A stretch of DNA of 64,000 nt. It comes from an uncultured delta proteobacterium. GTDB taxonomy: Bacteria > Myxococcota_A > UBA9160 > SZUA-336. This document shows, one piece after another, positions 18,851 to 29,028 of this stretch. The notes below the pieces were generated by a model that worked only from the letters and a program-made list of their open reading frames with translations, did no database searches and was not told where the DNA came from. How positions within the stretch are numbered: position 1 is the stretch's first letter; each line of letters begins with the position of its first letter. The stretch covers positions 192,001-256,000 of the forward strand of contig CAVPHD010000009.1 in assembly GCA_963704165.1 (NCBI GenBank). The letters run 5' to 3'. The position numbers were made by a program, and so were the translations under genes.

Positions 18851-19183
18851 CTAGTGAAGAACTCGCGCGACTTCGGGCGCACCGAGCTGGGTTCGGAGAC
18901 GATCGAGAAACACGGTCACCACTTTCAGCGACTCGTCGATCTTCTTCATCTCGGTCACGAACTGACCCACCAGGACCTGCGCCTCGTGCAACGCCTTGTC
19001 CTCGACCGGAGGAAGCGCGCGGTAGGCCGCGGCCAGGCACTCCATCAGCTGCTCCCAATCGTCCGAGCTCGGCCGACTCTGAGCGACCTGGTCGAAGACC
19101 GGGACGAACTGCTCGGCAAAGAGCGGGCTCACTCCGTACCGACCCTCCAGCACCTCGACGATCTTCTTGTGAAACGGTGACAT
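18851..19183 (-). CDS. Hypothetical 110-aa helical protein
   Basis: MSPFHKKIVEVLEGRYG...EMKKIDESLKV...ARVLH; typical codon use; consensus sigma54 site directly upstream. Confidence 0.75.
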   Translation of the reverse strand: MSPFHKKIVEVLEGRYGVSPLFAEQFVPVFDQVAQSRPSSDDWEQLMECLAAAYRALPPVEDKALHEAQVLVGQFVTEMKKIDESLKVVTVFLDRLRTQLGAPEVARVLH

Positions 19184-19196
19184 GGACGGAACACAG

Positions 19197-19213
19197 AGCA
19201 AATCGGATGCCAA
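19197..19213 (-). promoter_or_regulatory. sigma54 -24/-12 promoter
   Basis: TTGGCATCCGATTTGCT matches TGGCA-N6-TTGCW, 13 nt before ATG 19183. Confidence 0.8.
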
Positions 19214-19347
19214 TTCGGCTTCTCCTCGTTCACTTGGCGAATTGCGCAGCTCTTGCGGGAGCTTGACTCGATCCCTGCGCAGGGGCGCCGGAGCCTCGAC
19301 CCGCGTACCGCGCGGAATCGCATTCTCTCCACGGGGGATTTCGCTTC

Positions 19348-20235
19348 TCATCTCGAGCGGGCGGGGACTCCTGCGGCTTGCGCGCGGGTCTCGAGCTCGT
19401 CGAGCTGGTGCTGGAGCTTCGCCTCTTCGCGATCGAGGCGTTCGAGGTACCGCTGAGCCTGGGTCTCGGACTCCGGGGGTACCGCCTCGCGCGCCCTGCG
19501 CAGCGCCGCGAGCTGCTGATCGATCTGCCGGAACCGCTTGCGCCAGGTGTCCTCGGCGACGCCGCCGTAGACGCCATCGACCGAACCGGGCTCGAGCTCG
19601 GTGAGCCGCAGCTCGCCCAGCGCGGGATCGATCGCGACGCGGAAGCGGTTGAAGAACGGCATGCCGAGCAGCCCGGAGCTCATCGTGTCGAGCACCGCCA
19701 TCTCGACGTTCTCGGCGAAGAGCGTGCCGATGCGGAGCGAGGCGATCGTCACGACCGGAACGCGCATCGGATCGCCCGAAACGCCGACGATCGAGATTCT
19801 CGGCGTGTCCTCGTCGATCTCCACGCCGAGCTCATCCGCGGCCCAGCGCGGAAGCGTGTTCAGCGACGCCCCGGTGTCCGCCTTGAAGTTGCAGGGCAGC
19901 CGGTCCTCGAGGGTGACGTCGAGGCTGATCTCGTGGCCGGAGCGCTGGAAGTGCAGGAGGTGCACGCCCGTCGATGCGACGCTCGGTCGGACCCGGCCGA
20001 GCTCCCGGACGCCCGACGGATCGACGCTCGCCGGTGGGGCGTCGCCGACGTCGGCGCGAGCGCGCGGATCTTGCGGCTCGATCGTGACCGACTGGCCGGT
20101 CGGCACCTTTGCGCCATCGTCGGTGACGTGAACCCGGCCGTGCTCGTCGGTCCACTGGTAGAGCTCGGCGCGAGCGCCCGCGGCCTGCAGCCAGATGCCC
20201 AGGCAGGCCAGCGCCGCGATAGTGAAGCTGCGCAT
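19348..20235 (-). CDS. Secreted DUF4124 + retropepsin-like aspartyl protease
   Basis: Signal peptide, LYQWTDEHGRVHVTD, ADTGAS, GLLGMPF, C-terminal coiled coil. Confidence 0.88.
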   Translation of the reverse strand: MRSFTIAALACLGIWLQAAGARAELYQWTDEHGRVHVTDDGAKVPTGQSVTIEPQDPRARADVGDAPPASVDPSGVRELGRVRPSVASTGVHLLHFQRSGHEISLDVTLEDRLPCNFKADTGASLNTLPRWAADELGVEIDEDTPRISIVGVSGDPMRVPVVTIASLRIGTLFAENVEMAVLDTMSSGLLGMPFFNRFRVAIDPALGELRLTELEPGSVDGVYGGVAEDTWRKRFRQIDQQLAALRRAREAVPPESETQAQRYLERLDREEAKLQHQLDELETRAQAAGVPARSR

Positions 20236-20254
20236 GATTCCTCCCCGGAGCGGA

Positions 20255-22192
20255 TCAGTCCGGGTCCGTGTCCCCGGATCCATCGGCGGCGGCGCTGGCG
20301 TTCTTGACCGGCCTGTCCGCAGGGGGAGCGGCCGCTTCGGCGGGCCGGAAGAAGCCGTGCACGACGGCCGCATCGGCCTTGCTCAGCTTGGGCACGGCCT
20401 CGAGCGCCTCGAGGGAGGCGAGGCGAACCTTCTCGAGGCTGCCGAGCGTGCGCAGGAGCGCCCGCCGCTTCACGGGCCCGATGCCGGGCAGCTCGTCGAG
20501 GATCGAGCGCAGCTGGGTCTTCTTGCGCAGCTCGCGCTGGTAGGTGATCGCGAAGCGGTGCGACTCGTCGCGAATCCGCTGCAGCAGGAGCAGTGCGGAC
20601 GAGTCGGGCGGGAGCAGGACGGGGTCCTTCACGCCGGGCAGGAAGAGCTTCTCGCGCTTCTGGCCGGCGTGACGCAGCACGCGCGTCGAACCCGGTGTCT
20701 CGTCGCGCTCCTTGGCCAGGGATGCGAGCGCGACTCCCTCGACGCGGAGATCCACGAAGAGCGCGCGCGCGGCGTTGAGCTGACCCTTTCCCCCGTCGAG
20801 CAAGAGCAGATCCGGGGGCGGATCGCCCTCCTGCTTCTCGAGGCGACGGCGCAGCACTTCGCGCATGGCGCCGTAGTCGTCGCCGGGCAGGGTCTCGCGC
20901 AGCTTGTAGCGGCGGTAGCCGTCCTTGTGCGGGCGGCCATCGACGAAGACCACGCGCGAGGCGACGCCGAGCGTGCCCTGCAGGTGCGAGACGTCGTAGC
21001 ACTCGACGCGCGTAGGCCGCTTCTCCATGCGCACGGCCTCGCGCAAGCTCTCGAGCACGGCCTCGATGTTCTGCTCGCGTCGCCCGCGCTCGGCCAGCGC
21101 CAGCTCCGCGTTCCGCGTCGCGAGCTCGACGAGCCTCCGCCTCTCGCCGCGCTTGGGAACGACCACGTCCACCGCGTGACCCGCGCGTTCACGCCAGTGC
21201 TCCTGGAACGCCGCTTCGAGCTCGGCGCCGAGCTCGAAGGGCACGAGGACCTCGCGCGGGATCTCGCGCTCGGCGGCGTAGAACTGCCCGAGAAACGAGC
21301 CGAGCGCCTCGACGTCGTCGCCCGCGACGTCGCGGAACTCGTAGGCGTTTCCGCCGGCGAGCTTGCCCTGGCGCACGTGCAGGACCTGGAACTCCAGCCG
21401 CGGCCCGTCGCGCGCGACGCCGAAGACGTCGCGATCGACGAACGTGCGCGAGACCATCGCCTGCGATTCGACCGTGCGCTCGATCGCGCGCGCGCGATCG
21501 CGCAGACGGGCGGCCTCTTCGAAGCGCTCGGCGGCCGCGGCCTCGTCCATCCGCTCGCGCAGCTCGCCGAGCAGGTCGCCCGCCTTGCCGCGCAGGAGCA
21601 GCGTCGCGCCCGCGACCAGATCGGCGTAGGCCTCGTCGGCGATCCGGCCGACGCAGGGCGCCGAGCAGCGGCCCACCGAGTGCTCGAGGCAGGGCCGGCC
21701 CTGGCGCCGGTAGCTGCGCAGGACCGGATCGGCACAGGTTCGCAGCGGAAAGATCCGCTGCAGCGAGTCGAGCGTCTCGCGCAGCGAGGTGCTCGACGTG
21801 TACGGCCCGAAGTAGAGCGCACCGTCGCGCGCGAAGCTCCGCGTCTCGGTGAAGCGCGGGTACGCTTCGCGAGGATCGAGTCGCAGCGCGAGGTAGTTCT
21901 TGTCGTCGCGCAAGCGCACGTTGAAGCGCGGCTTGTGCTTCTTGATCAGCGCGTTCTCGAGGAGAAGCGCTTCCTTCACGTTCGAGGTGACGACGACGTC
22001 GACGTCCGCGACCCGCGCGACGAGGAACGGCACCTGATGGCGGCCATCGCCGCCCTTGCTGAAGTAGCTGCGCACGCGCGCGCGCAGGCTCTGCGCCTTG
22101 CCGACGTAGAGGACACGCCCGGCACCGTCCTTGAACAGGTAGACGCCGGCCTCGATCGGCAGTCCGGCAATGCGCTCCTCGAGCGCGCTCAC
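20255..22192 (-). CDS. uvrC: Excinuclease ABC subunit C
   Basis: [46 protein letters not shown], HhH. Confidence 0.97.
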   Translation of the reverse strand: MSALEERIAGLPIEAGVYLFKDGAGRVLYVGKAQSLRARVRSYFSKGGDGRHQVPFLVARVADVDVVVTSNVKEALLLENALIKKHKPRFNVRLRDDKNYLALRLDPREAYPRFTETRSFARDGALYFGPYTSSTSLRETLDSLQRIFPLRTCADPVLRSYRRQGRPCLEHSVGRCSAPCVGRIADEAYADLVAGATLLLRGKAGDLLGELRERMDEAAAAERFEEAARLRDRARAIERTVESQAMVSRTFVDRDVFGVARDGPRLEFQVLHVRQGKLAGGNAYEFRDVAGDDVEALGSFLGQFYAAEREIPREVLVPFELGAELEAAFQEHWRERAGHAVDVVVPKRGERRRLVELATRNAELALAERGRREQNIEAVLESLREAVRMEKRPTRVECYDVSHLQGTLGVASRVVFVDGRPHKDGYRRYKLRETLPGDDYGAMREVLRRRLEKQEGDPPPDLLLLDGGKGQLNAARALFVDLRVEGVALASLAKERDETPGSTRVLRHAGQKREKLFLPGVKDPVLLPPDSSALLLLQRIRDESHRFAITYQRELRKKTQLRSILDELPGIGPVKRRALLRTLGSLEKVRLASLEALEAVPKLSKADAAVVHGFFRPAEAAAPPADRPVKNASAAADGSGDTDPD

Positions 22193-24240
22193 CGGCGCCC
22201 TCGCCCTCCGCGCCCGCGGGGCTTCGGCGCGCGCGCGACGCGCGGCCCCGCCTCGTACCCCGCGAGAAGCGCACCCTCCTCGAGCCCCTTGATCCGGTCG
22301 CGGATCTCCGCGGCGCGCTCGAAGTCGAGGTCCTCCGCCGCCGTTCGCATCTCCGCGCGGAGCTTCTTCACGAGCGCGCTGAGCTCGTCCGGGGAGGCGT
22401 CGAGATCCGCGGCCTTCGAGACGGTCACGTAGTCGGCTTCGTACAGGCTCTCCGAGAGCGAGGTGATCGCGCTCTCGACCGTGCGCGGGGTGATCCCGTT
22501 CACGCGGTTGTACTCGCGCTGCACCTCGCGGCGCCGGTTCGTCTCGGCGACCGACGCCTGAATCGATCGCGTCTCGACGTCGGCGTAGAGCAGGACCGTG
22601 CCGCGGATGTTCCGCGCCGCGCGGCCCATCGTCTGGATCAGCGAGCGTTCCGAGCGCAGGAAGCCCTCTTTGTCGGCGTCGAGGATCGCGACGAGCGAGA
22701 CCTCCGGCAGGTTCAATCCCTCGCGCAGGAGATTGATCCCGACCAGCACGTCGAACTCGCCGTTGCGCAGGTCGCGCAGGATCTCCGTGCGTTCGATCGT
22801 CGGGATCTCCGAGTGCAGGTAGCGTACGCGGATGCCGACGTCCTGGTAGTAGTTCGTCAGCTCTTCGGACATGCGTTTGGTGAGCGTCGTGACGAGCACG
22901 CGGTCGCCGATCTCGACGCGTTTGCGGATCTCGCCGAGCAGGTCCTCGACCTGGTTCTTGGCCGGGCGTATCTCGATCTCGGGATCGATCAGTCCGGTCG
23001 GCCGGATGATCTGCTCGACGACGATCCCGCCGCTCTTCTCCAGCTCGTATTCCGCCGGAGTCGCGGAGACGAAGACCACCTGGCCGACGCGCTGCTCCCA
23101 TTCCTCGAAGCGCAGCGGGCGATTGTCGAGCGCCGACGGCAATCGGAATCCGTAGTCGACCAGCGTCTCCTTGCGGCGCCGATCGCCGCGGAACATCCCG
23201 CCGATCTGCGGCACGGTGACGTGGCTCTCGTCCACGAAGCACAGGAAGTCCTTCGGGAAGTAGTCGATCAGCGTGTACGGCGGCTGGTTCTCGACGCGTC
23301 CGTCGAGCCAGCGCGAGTAGTTTTCGACGCCGTGGCAGAAACCCATCTCGGAGAGCATCTCGATGTCGTACATCGTGCGCTGCTCGATCCGCTGCGCCTC
23401 GAGCAGCTTGTTCTCGCGCCGGAAGGTCGAGAGACGCACGTCGAGCTCCCCGCGGATGCCCTCGATCGCCTGCTTCAGCCGCTCCTGCGTCTGCACGTAG
23501 TGGCTGTTCGGGAAGATGACGGCGCGCTTCGGACGCGACAGCACGAGCCCGCGCAGCGGATCGATCTCGGAGATCTGATCGACGTCGTCGCCGAAGAACT
23601 CGATCCGGATCGCGCGCTCGTCCTCGTAGGCGGGAAAGACCTCGACGACGTCGCCGCGGACGCGGAACGTGCCGCGGTGGAAGTCGAAGTCGTTGCGGTC
23701 GTAGAGCATGTCGACGAGCTTGCGTGTGAAGTCGTCACGGGCGAGGCGTTGGCCCTGCTCGACGAACGCGTGCATCTCGCTGTAGGTCTCGGGCGAGCCC
23801 AGCCCGTAGATGCACGAGACGCTCGCCACCACGATCACGTCGCGGCGCGAGAGCACCGACCTCGTCGCGGAGTGACGCAGCTTGTCGATCTCGTCGTTGA
23901 TCGACGAGTCCTTCTCGATGAAGGTGTCGGTCGTCGGCAGGTAGGCTTCGGGCTGGTAGTAGTCGTAGTACGAGACGAAGTACTCGACCGCGTTCTTCGG
24001 GAAGAGCTTCTTGAACTCACCGTAGAGCTGCGCCGCGAGCGTCTTGTTCGGCGCCATGATCAGCGCCGGGCGATCGAGCTTCTCGATCACCCAGGACATC
24101 GTCGCGGTCTTTCCGCTACCGGTGATCCCGAGCAGCGTCTGATGGTTCAGGCCGCGCGCGACCCCATCCACGAGCTCTTCGATCGCGCGCGGCTGGTCGC
24201 CGAGCGGCTCGTAGTCGGAGACCATTTCGAAGTCAGGCAC
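22189..24240 (-). CDS. uvrB: Excinuclease ABC subunit B
   Basis: [37 protein letters not shown]. Confidence 0.98.
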   Translation of the reverse strand: MPDFEMVSDYEPLGDQPRAIEELVDGVARGLNHQTLLGITGSGKTATMSWVIEKLDRPALIMAPNKTLAAQLYGEFKKLFPKNAVEYFVSYYDYYQPEAYLPTTDTFIEKDSSINDEIDKLRHSATRSVLSRRDVIVVASVSCIYGLGSPETYSEMHAFVEQGQRLARDDFTRKLVDMLYDRNDFDFHRGTFRVRGDVVEVFPAYEDERAIRIEFFGDDVDQISEIDPLRGLVLSRPKRAVIFPNSHYVQTQERLKQAIEGIRGELDVRLSTFRRENKLLEAQRIEQRTMYDIEMLSEMGFCHGVENYSRWLDGRVENQPPYTLIDYFPKDFLCFVDESHVTVPQIGGMFRGDRRRKETLVDYGFRLPSALDNRPLRFEEWEQRVGQVVFVSATPAEYELEKSGGIVVEQIIRPTGLIDPEIEIRPAKNQVEDLLGEIRKRVEIGDRVLVTTLTKRMSEELTNYYQDVGIRVRYLHSEIPTIERTEILRDLRNGEFDVLVGINLLREGLNLPEVSLVAILDADKEGFLRSERSLIQTMGRAARNIRGTVLLYADVETRSIQASVAETNRRREVQREYNRVNGITPRTVESAITSLSESLYEADYVTVSKAADLDASPDELSALVKKLRAEMRTAAEDLDFERAAEIRDRIKGLEEGALLAGYEAGPRVARAPKPRGRGGRGRR

Positions 24241-25639
24241 GGCGCCAGCGGCTCCCCTGTGGCGAATCCTCGATCAGGATGCCGCGCGCCTTGAACAAGT
24301 CGCGGATCTCGTCGGCGCGCTTCCAGTTCTTCGCCGCGCGCGCCTGGTCGCGTTCGAGCGCGAGCGCGTCGAGCTCCGCATCGCTCTCGACGCGCTCCTC
24401 GCGCGCCTCCGACAGACCGAGCGCGAGCACGGCGTCCCACTCGCGGAGCAGCGCGTGCTTCAGGCGACCGCCGAGCGTTTCGCTGCGCAGGGCTTCCCAG
24501 ACGACGGCGAGCGCGCGAGGGGCGTTGAGGTCGTCGGCGAGCGCGGCGCGGAAACGCGCCCGCAGCTCGTCCGCGACCTCGGCACCGAAGTCCGCGGTCT
24601 CGTCCGCGAGCTCGGCGGCGTGGCGAAGCAGCTTGCGCCAGGCGGTCTGCGCGCCGCGGATCGCGTCGTCGGAGTAGCCGAGCTGCTGGCGGTAGTGGCC
24701 CGAGAGCAGGAAGTAGCGGAACGCGAGCGGGTCGAAGCCCTGCGCGATGAGCTCGTCGAGGTTCAGCACACTGCCGCCCGTCGACTTCGAGATCTTCGAG
24801 CCGTCGAACATCAGCCATCCGCCGTGCATCCAGATCCTGACCCACGGTCGCACGCCGAGCGCGTTCTCGGTCTGCGCGATCTCGTTCGTGTGGTGCACGG
24901 GAATGTGGTCCGAGCCGCCGGTGTGGATGTCGAACCGGGTACCGAGGTGCTTCACGCTCATCGCCGAGCACTCGATGTGCCAGCCGGGAAATCCGCGTCC
25001 CCACGGGCTCTCCCACTCCATCTCGCGGCGCGCGCCTTCGGCGGCGGAGAACTTCCAGAGCGCGAAGTCGGCGGCGTTGCGCTTTTCGGTCGCACCCTCG
25101 ATCCGCTCGCTCGTCGCCTGCGCGGCCAGGTCGAGCCGCGCGAGCTCACCGTAGTGCGGATCCTTCGAGACGTCGAAGTAGATCCCGTCGGAGACGCGGT
25201 AGGTGAAGCCCTTCGCCTCGAGCGCGCGGATCATCTCGATCTGCTCGGCGATGTGGTCGGTCGCCTTGCACCAGACATCCGGGGCCCGGCAGTGGAGCTT
25301 CGCGAGGTCGTCCTGGAAGACTCCGGTCCACTGGGCGGCGATTTCCCAGGCCGAGCGCCTCTGCTCGCGCGCCGCCTTCTCGAGCTTGTCGTCGCCACTG
25401 TCGGCGTCGCTCACCAGATGCCCGACGTCGGTGATGTTGATGACGTGCCGCACCTCGAAGCCGAAGATACGCAGCGATCGGTTCAAGAGATCCGCGAAGA
25501 CGTAGGTGCGCAGATTGCCGAGATGCTGGCGTGCGTAGACGGTGGGACCGCAGCTGTAGACGCGAACGAGCGGAGGTTCGATGGGCGAGAGCGGCTCCTT
25601 CCTGCGCGTCAGCGTGTTGTACAGCCGGAGCTCGCTCAC
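24233..25639 (-). CDS. cysS: Cysteinyl-tRNA synthetase
   Basis: [30 protein letters not shown]. Confidence 0.97.
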   Translation of the reverse strand: MSELRLYNTLTRRKEPLSPIEPPLVRVYSCGPTVYARQHLGNLRTYVFADLLNRSLRIFGFEVRHVINITDVGHLVSDADSGDDKLEKAAREQRRSAWEIAAQWTGVFQDDLAKLHCRAPDVWCKATDHIAEQIEMIRALEAKGFTYRVSDGIYFDVSKDPHYGELARLDLAAQATSERIEGATEKRNAADFALWKFSAAEGARREMEWESPWGRGFPGWHIECSAMSVKHLGTRFDIHTGGSDHIPVHHTNEIAQTENALGVRPWVRIWMHGGWLMFDGSKISKSTGGSVLNLDELIAQGFDPLAFRYFLLSGHYRQQLGYSDDAIRGAQTAWRKLLRHAAELADETADFGAEVADELRARFRAALADDLNAPRALAVVWEALRSETLGGRLKHALLREWDAVLALGLSEAREERVESDAELDALALERDQARAAKNWKRADEIRDLFKARGILIEDSPQGSRWRRA

Positions 25640-26115
25640 GGATCCCTCCGCGCGAGCAGGACGATCGCCTGCGCGGCGATGCCCTCCGCGCGGCCGATCG
25701 CGCCGAGGCCGTCGGTGCTCTTGAGCTTCAGGTTCACGCGCGCAGCCTCGACGCCGAGCTGCTTCGCGAGGCTCTCCTCGATCTGCTCGCGAAATGGCGA
25801 GAGCCGCGGCTCTTCGGCGATCAGCGTGGCATCGACGTTCGAGATCGCGAGCCCGGCACCTGCAACACGGCGCATGATCTCGCCGAGCAACAACGCCCCC
25901 GAGGCATTCCGCCAGCGCTCGTCCGACGAGGGGAAGTGCGTGCCGAGATCCCCGCCGCCGAGCGCGCCGAGCAGAGCGTCGCCGACCGCGTGCGAGAGGA
26001 CGTCCGCGTCGGAGTGGCCCTCGAGCCCGCGCCCGTGCGGAATTCGCACCCCGCCCAGAACGAGCGTGCGGCCCGACACCAATCGGTGAACGTCGAAGCC
26101 CTGGCCTATGCGCAT
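25636..26115 (-). CDS. ispF: 2-C-methyl-D-erythritol 2,4-cyclodiphosphate synthase
   Basis: MRIGQGFDVH, GHSDADV..HA..DALLGA. Confidence 0.97.
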   Translation of the reverse strand: MRIGQGFDVHRLVSGRTLVLGGVRIPHGRGLEGHSDADVLSHAVGDALLGALGGGDLGTHFPSSDERWRNASGALLLGEIMRRVAGAGLAISNVDATLIAEEPRLSPFREQIEESLAKQLGVEAARVNLKLKSTDGLGAIGRAEGIAAQAIVLLARRDP

Positions 26116-26801
26116 CCGCCCTCCGCGCGACGCGCGAGCAGGAGCTCCGCCCGGGCCAGGTCGTCCGGATGCGTCACCTTGAAATTCTCGGGACGGCCCG
26201 CGCAGGTCCGAACCTCGACGCCGAGCCGCTCGACCAGGGAGGCGCAGTCCGTTCCCTCGAAGCCGTCGCGCTCGGCCTTGTCGAGCGCCTCGCGCAGGAT
26301 CCGTACCCGGAACGCCTGGGGGGTCTGGGCCAGTCCCAGCCGCGCGCGCTCGAGCGTTCGCTCGACTCGCGCGCCGTTCTCCGCGAGCCACTTCGTCGTG
26401 TCGCTCGCCGGAACCACCGGCAGCGCGGCCCCGGTCGCCTCGGCCGCGCGCAGGACCGAGCTCGCGTCCGATGGCTCGACCAGGCAGCGGGCGGCGTCGT
26501 GGACGAGTACCCATTCCAGATCCGGACGAGCCGCGGAGGCACGTGCGAGCCCGCGCGCGACCGAATCCTGCCTTCGCGCTCCACCCTCGATCGGAGCGAG
26601 CCACTCCGCCGATGTCGGCGTCGGGATCTGCGTGCCGGGCGGGAGCACGGGCTGAATCACCGCGACTTCCGGGCAGCGCGAGAGCGCCCCGGCGCTCCAC
26701 TCGAGCAGGGTTCGCCCGCGCAGGCGGACGAGCGCCTTCGGAAGAGCTTGACCCAGGCGAGTGCCCTGCCCGGCTGCGAGCAGAACGACGAGCGCGCGCA
26801 T
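26106..26801 (-). CDS. ispD: 2-C-methyl-D-erythritol 4-phosphate cytidylyltransferase
   Basis: AAGQGTRLG..PK, GG.RRQDSV, VHDAAR, QTPQAF, NFKVT. Confidence 0.96.
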   Translation of the reverse strand: MRALVVLLAAGQGTRLGQALPKALVRLRGRTLLEWSAGALSRCPEVAVIQPVLPPGTQIPTPTSAEWLAPIEGGARRQDSVARGLARASAARPDLEWVLVHDAARCLVEPSDASSVLRAAEATGAALPVVPASDTTKWLAENGARVERTLERARLGLAQTPQAFRVRILREALDKAERDGFEGTDCASLVERLGVEVRTCAGRPENFKVTHPDDLARAELLLARRAEGGCA

Positions 26802-26866
26802 CGCGGCACTATAGCGTTCGCGCGGTAGACTGACGGCTTCGAGAATTCCGGACCGGAGACCTCGCG

Positions 26867-27697
26867 ATGCCGCCACTTCCCGCACAGACCGAGCTGGTCG
26901 TCCGACGGCCATCCTTCGACCTCGGGTCCGACCTTCCGCACTACTGGCACGGCGCAGGGCCGTTCGCGACGCACTTCCTGAACTCGCTCTCGTCCGTCTT
27001 CCCCGACGGCGAGGCGTTCTTCGTGCGGTCCGTCGCGCACTTCCGCGACCGGATCGACGACCCCGAGCTCCAGCGGGCGATCCAGGGCTTCGCCGGTCAG
27101 GAAGCACAACACAGCCGGCAGCACAGCCGGCACGTCGAGCTGCTGGTCGACCAGGGTTACACCGCGCTGGTTCGGTTGAACGCGATGGCGGACCGGGGCA
27201 TGCGCTTCGGAAACCGTCACTGGCCGAGGTTCTCGCTCGCGAGCACGGCCGCGATCGAGCACCTGACCGCGCTGCTCGCGCGCCGGGTCCTGCGCGACGA
27301 GGCGCGCTTCACCGCGCCGATGGAGCCACGCATGGCCGCGCTCTGGCGCTGGCACGCCGTCGAGGAAGCCGAGCACAAAGCGGTCGCCTACGACGTTCTC
27401 CAGCGCGTCGCCCCGAGCCGGCTGCTGCGCTCCTTCGCGTTGATCCTGAATACACTCGGGCTCGTCTTCGAAATGCTGGCGCGTACGCTCTACATGCTGT
27501 GGGTGGACGGCGTGCTGTTCCGGAAAGGCACGCTGTCGAACGGCTGGAGCTTCCTGTTCGGACGCAACGGGCTGTTGCGAGGCCACGCTCGCGACTACAC
27601 CGCCTGGTTTCGGCGTGGCTTCCACCCGAACGAGATCGACGACCGGCCGCTGATCGACGCCTGGAACCGCGAGCGAACCACCCTAACGAGCGAGTGA
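26867..27697 (+). CDS. Predicted metal-dependent hydrolase
   Basis: FPDGEAFFVRSV, QEAQHSRQH, EHLTA, WHAVEEAEHKAVAYD. Confidence 0.88.
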   Translation: MPPLPAQTELVVRRPSFDLGSDLPHYWHGAGPFATHFLNSLSSVFPDGEAFFVRSVAHFRDRIDDPELQRAIQGFAGQEAQHSRQHSRHVELLVDQGYTALVRLNAMADRGMRFGNRHWPRFSLASTAAIEHLTALLARRVLRDEARFTAPMEPRMAALWRWHAVEEAEHKAVAYDVLQRVAPSRLLRSFALILNTLGLVFEMLARTLYMLWVDGVLFRKGTLSNGWSFLFGRNGLLRGHARDYTAWFRRGFHPNEIDDRPLIDAWNRERTTLTSE

Positions 27698-27703
27698 GCG
27701 CCG

Positions 27704-28213
27704 CTACTTGACCGCCGCGCGGATCGACGCCTCGATCTCGTCGATCCCGGTCGCCTCGGCGGCCGCGAGCTCCTGAACGAGCAGCGAGCGCGCGTTCTCG
27801 AGCAGCTTGCGTTCGCCGAAGCTGAGCTCCTTGGTGTGCTGGAGTCGGAGCAGGTCACGGAGCACCTCGGCGGTCTCGAAGATCGTGCCGAGCTTCAGCT
27901 TCTCCTGGAGCTCTCGGAACTGGCGACTCCAGGCGATGCCGACGCGCGCCTTCGTGCGCTTGCGCTCCTTCAGGATCTTCCAGACACGCTGCGCCTCGAC
28001 CCGCTCGATCGGTGGGCGGAGTCCCACCTCGGTGATCCGGTCGCGCGGGATCAGGATGCGGCTCTCGTCGTCGAGCTTTCGCAGCACCAGGAACTCGAGC
28101 TTCTGCCCGCCGATCTCGCGGATCTGCAACGCCTCGATCCGGGCCACCCCATGACCCGGATAGACGGCGAGTTCGCCGACTTTCGCGACCCACTTCCTGG
28201 CAGCTGTGGCCAA
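27704..28213 (-). CDS. carD: CarD/CdnL family RNA polymerase-binding regulator
   Basis: VYPGHGV, conserved Trp in IAWSRQFR, EVLRDL, LSFGERKLL; no AT-hook tail (CdnL-type). Confidence 0.93.
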   Translation of the reverse strand: MATAARKWVAKVGELAVYPGHGVARIEALQIREIGGQKLEFLVLRKLDDESRILIPRDRITEVGLRPPIERVEAQRVWKILKERKRTKARVGIAWSRQFRELQEKLKLGTIFETAEVLRDLLRLQHTKELSFGERKLLENARSLLVQELAAAEATGIDEIEASIRAAVK

Positions 28214-28294
28214 CCTGCACCCCGACCCACGCTCTGACCGAGAACTGCCGCCACTCTACCATTTGCAGGTGCTGAGCCGGGTTCCGTATCGCAC

Positions 28295-28340
28295 TTGCAA
28301 CGGCTCTGCGCGCGGACGTAAGGTGATGACCGGTCGTTCA
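28295..28340 (+). promoter_or_regulatory. sigma70-type promoter with overlapping TetR-type operator
   Basis: TTGCAA-N18-TAAGGT followed by imperfect palindrome TGACCGGTCGTTCA (28327-28340) at the expected start site. Confidence 0.55.
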
Positions 28341-28395
28341 GCTCACTGGACGGCGTTTCAAACGACTGACCCCTACTTCACCTCCGGGACCGACG

Positions 28396-29028
28396 ATGCC
28401 GCAGACCCGCGTGGGTCGAACCAAAGAGGAGGTCCTCAAGGACTTCCGCACCGACGAGATCGTGCAGGCCGCACGTCGCGTGATCGCGACGCTCGGCTTT
28501 GCGGACGCGTCGATGGAGCGCATCGCCCACGAAGCCGGAGTCGCCAAGGGCACGATCTACCTCTACTTCCGAAACAAGGAAGAGCTGCTCGCCCACGTCG
28601 CAGACCACGGATTCGCGGTCATGATGGAGCGCGCCCGCACGGCATCGGCGCGCGAGCGCAGCGCGGAGCGCAAGCTCGTCGCCCTGCTCTGCGCGGCACT
28701 CGAGCACTCCAGCGAGAATCAGGCGATCTTCCGCGCGCTCCAGGACCATCGGCAGCTCACCCCCGAGCGACCGCCGCTTCTCGCGGCGACGTTCGAGCAG
28801 AACCTCGAGGAGCTCGTGGGATTCGTCGCCAGCGTGATCGAGGACGGCACGAAGGACGGCGATTTTCGCGCCTGCGATCCACGCCGCGCCTCGCGATTCC
28901 TCGTCGAATCCATGCGCGGTGCGATCCTCGAACGCCTGCGCGAACCTTCCCGAACGAGCGTCCAGTCGGACGCCGAAGCCATCGTCGACTTCTTCCTTCA
29001 CGGAGTCGGCGCAACGGAGCCAAGATGA
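28396..29028 (+). CDS. TetR/AcrR family transcriptional regulator
   Basis: GF..ASMERIAHEAGVAKGTIYLYFRNKEEL HTH. Confidence 0.95.
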   Translation: MPQTRVGRTKEEVLKDFRTDEIVQAARRVIATLGFADASMERIAHEAGVAKGTIYLYFRNKEELLAHVADHGFAVMMERARTASARERSAERKLVALLCAALEHSSENQAIFRALQDHRQLTPERPPLLAATFEQNLEELVGFVASVIEDGTKDGDFRACDPRRASRFLVESMRGAILERLREPSRTSVQSDAEAIVDFFLHGVGATEPR

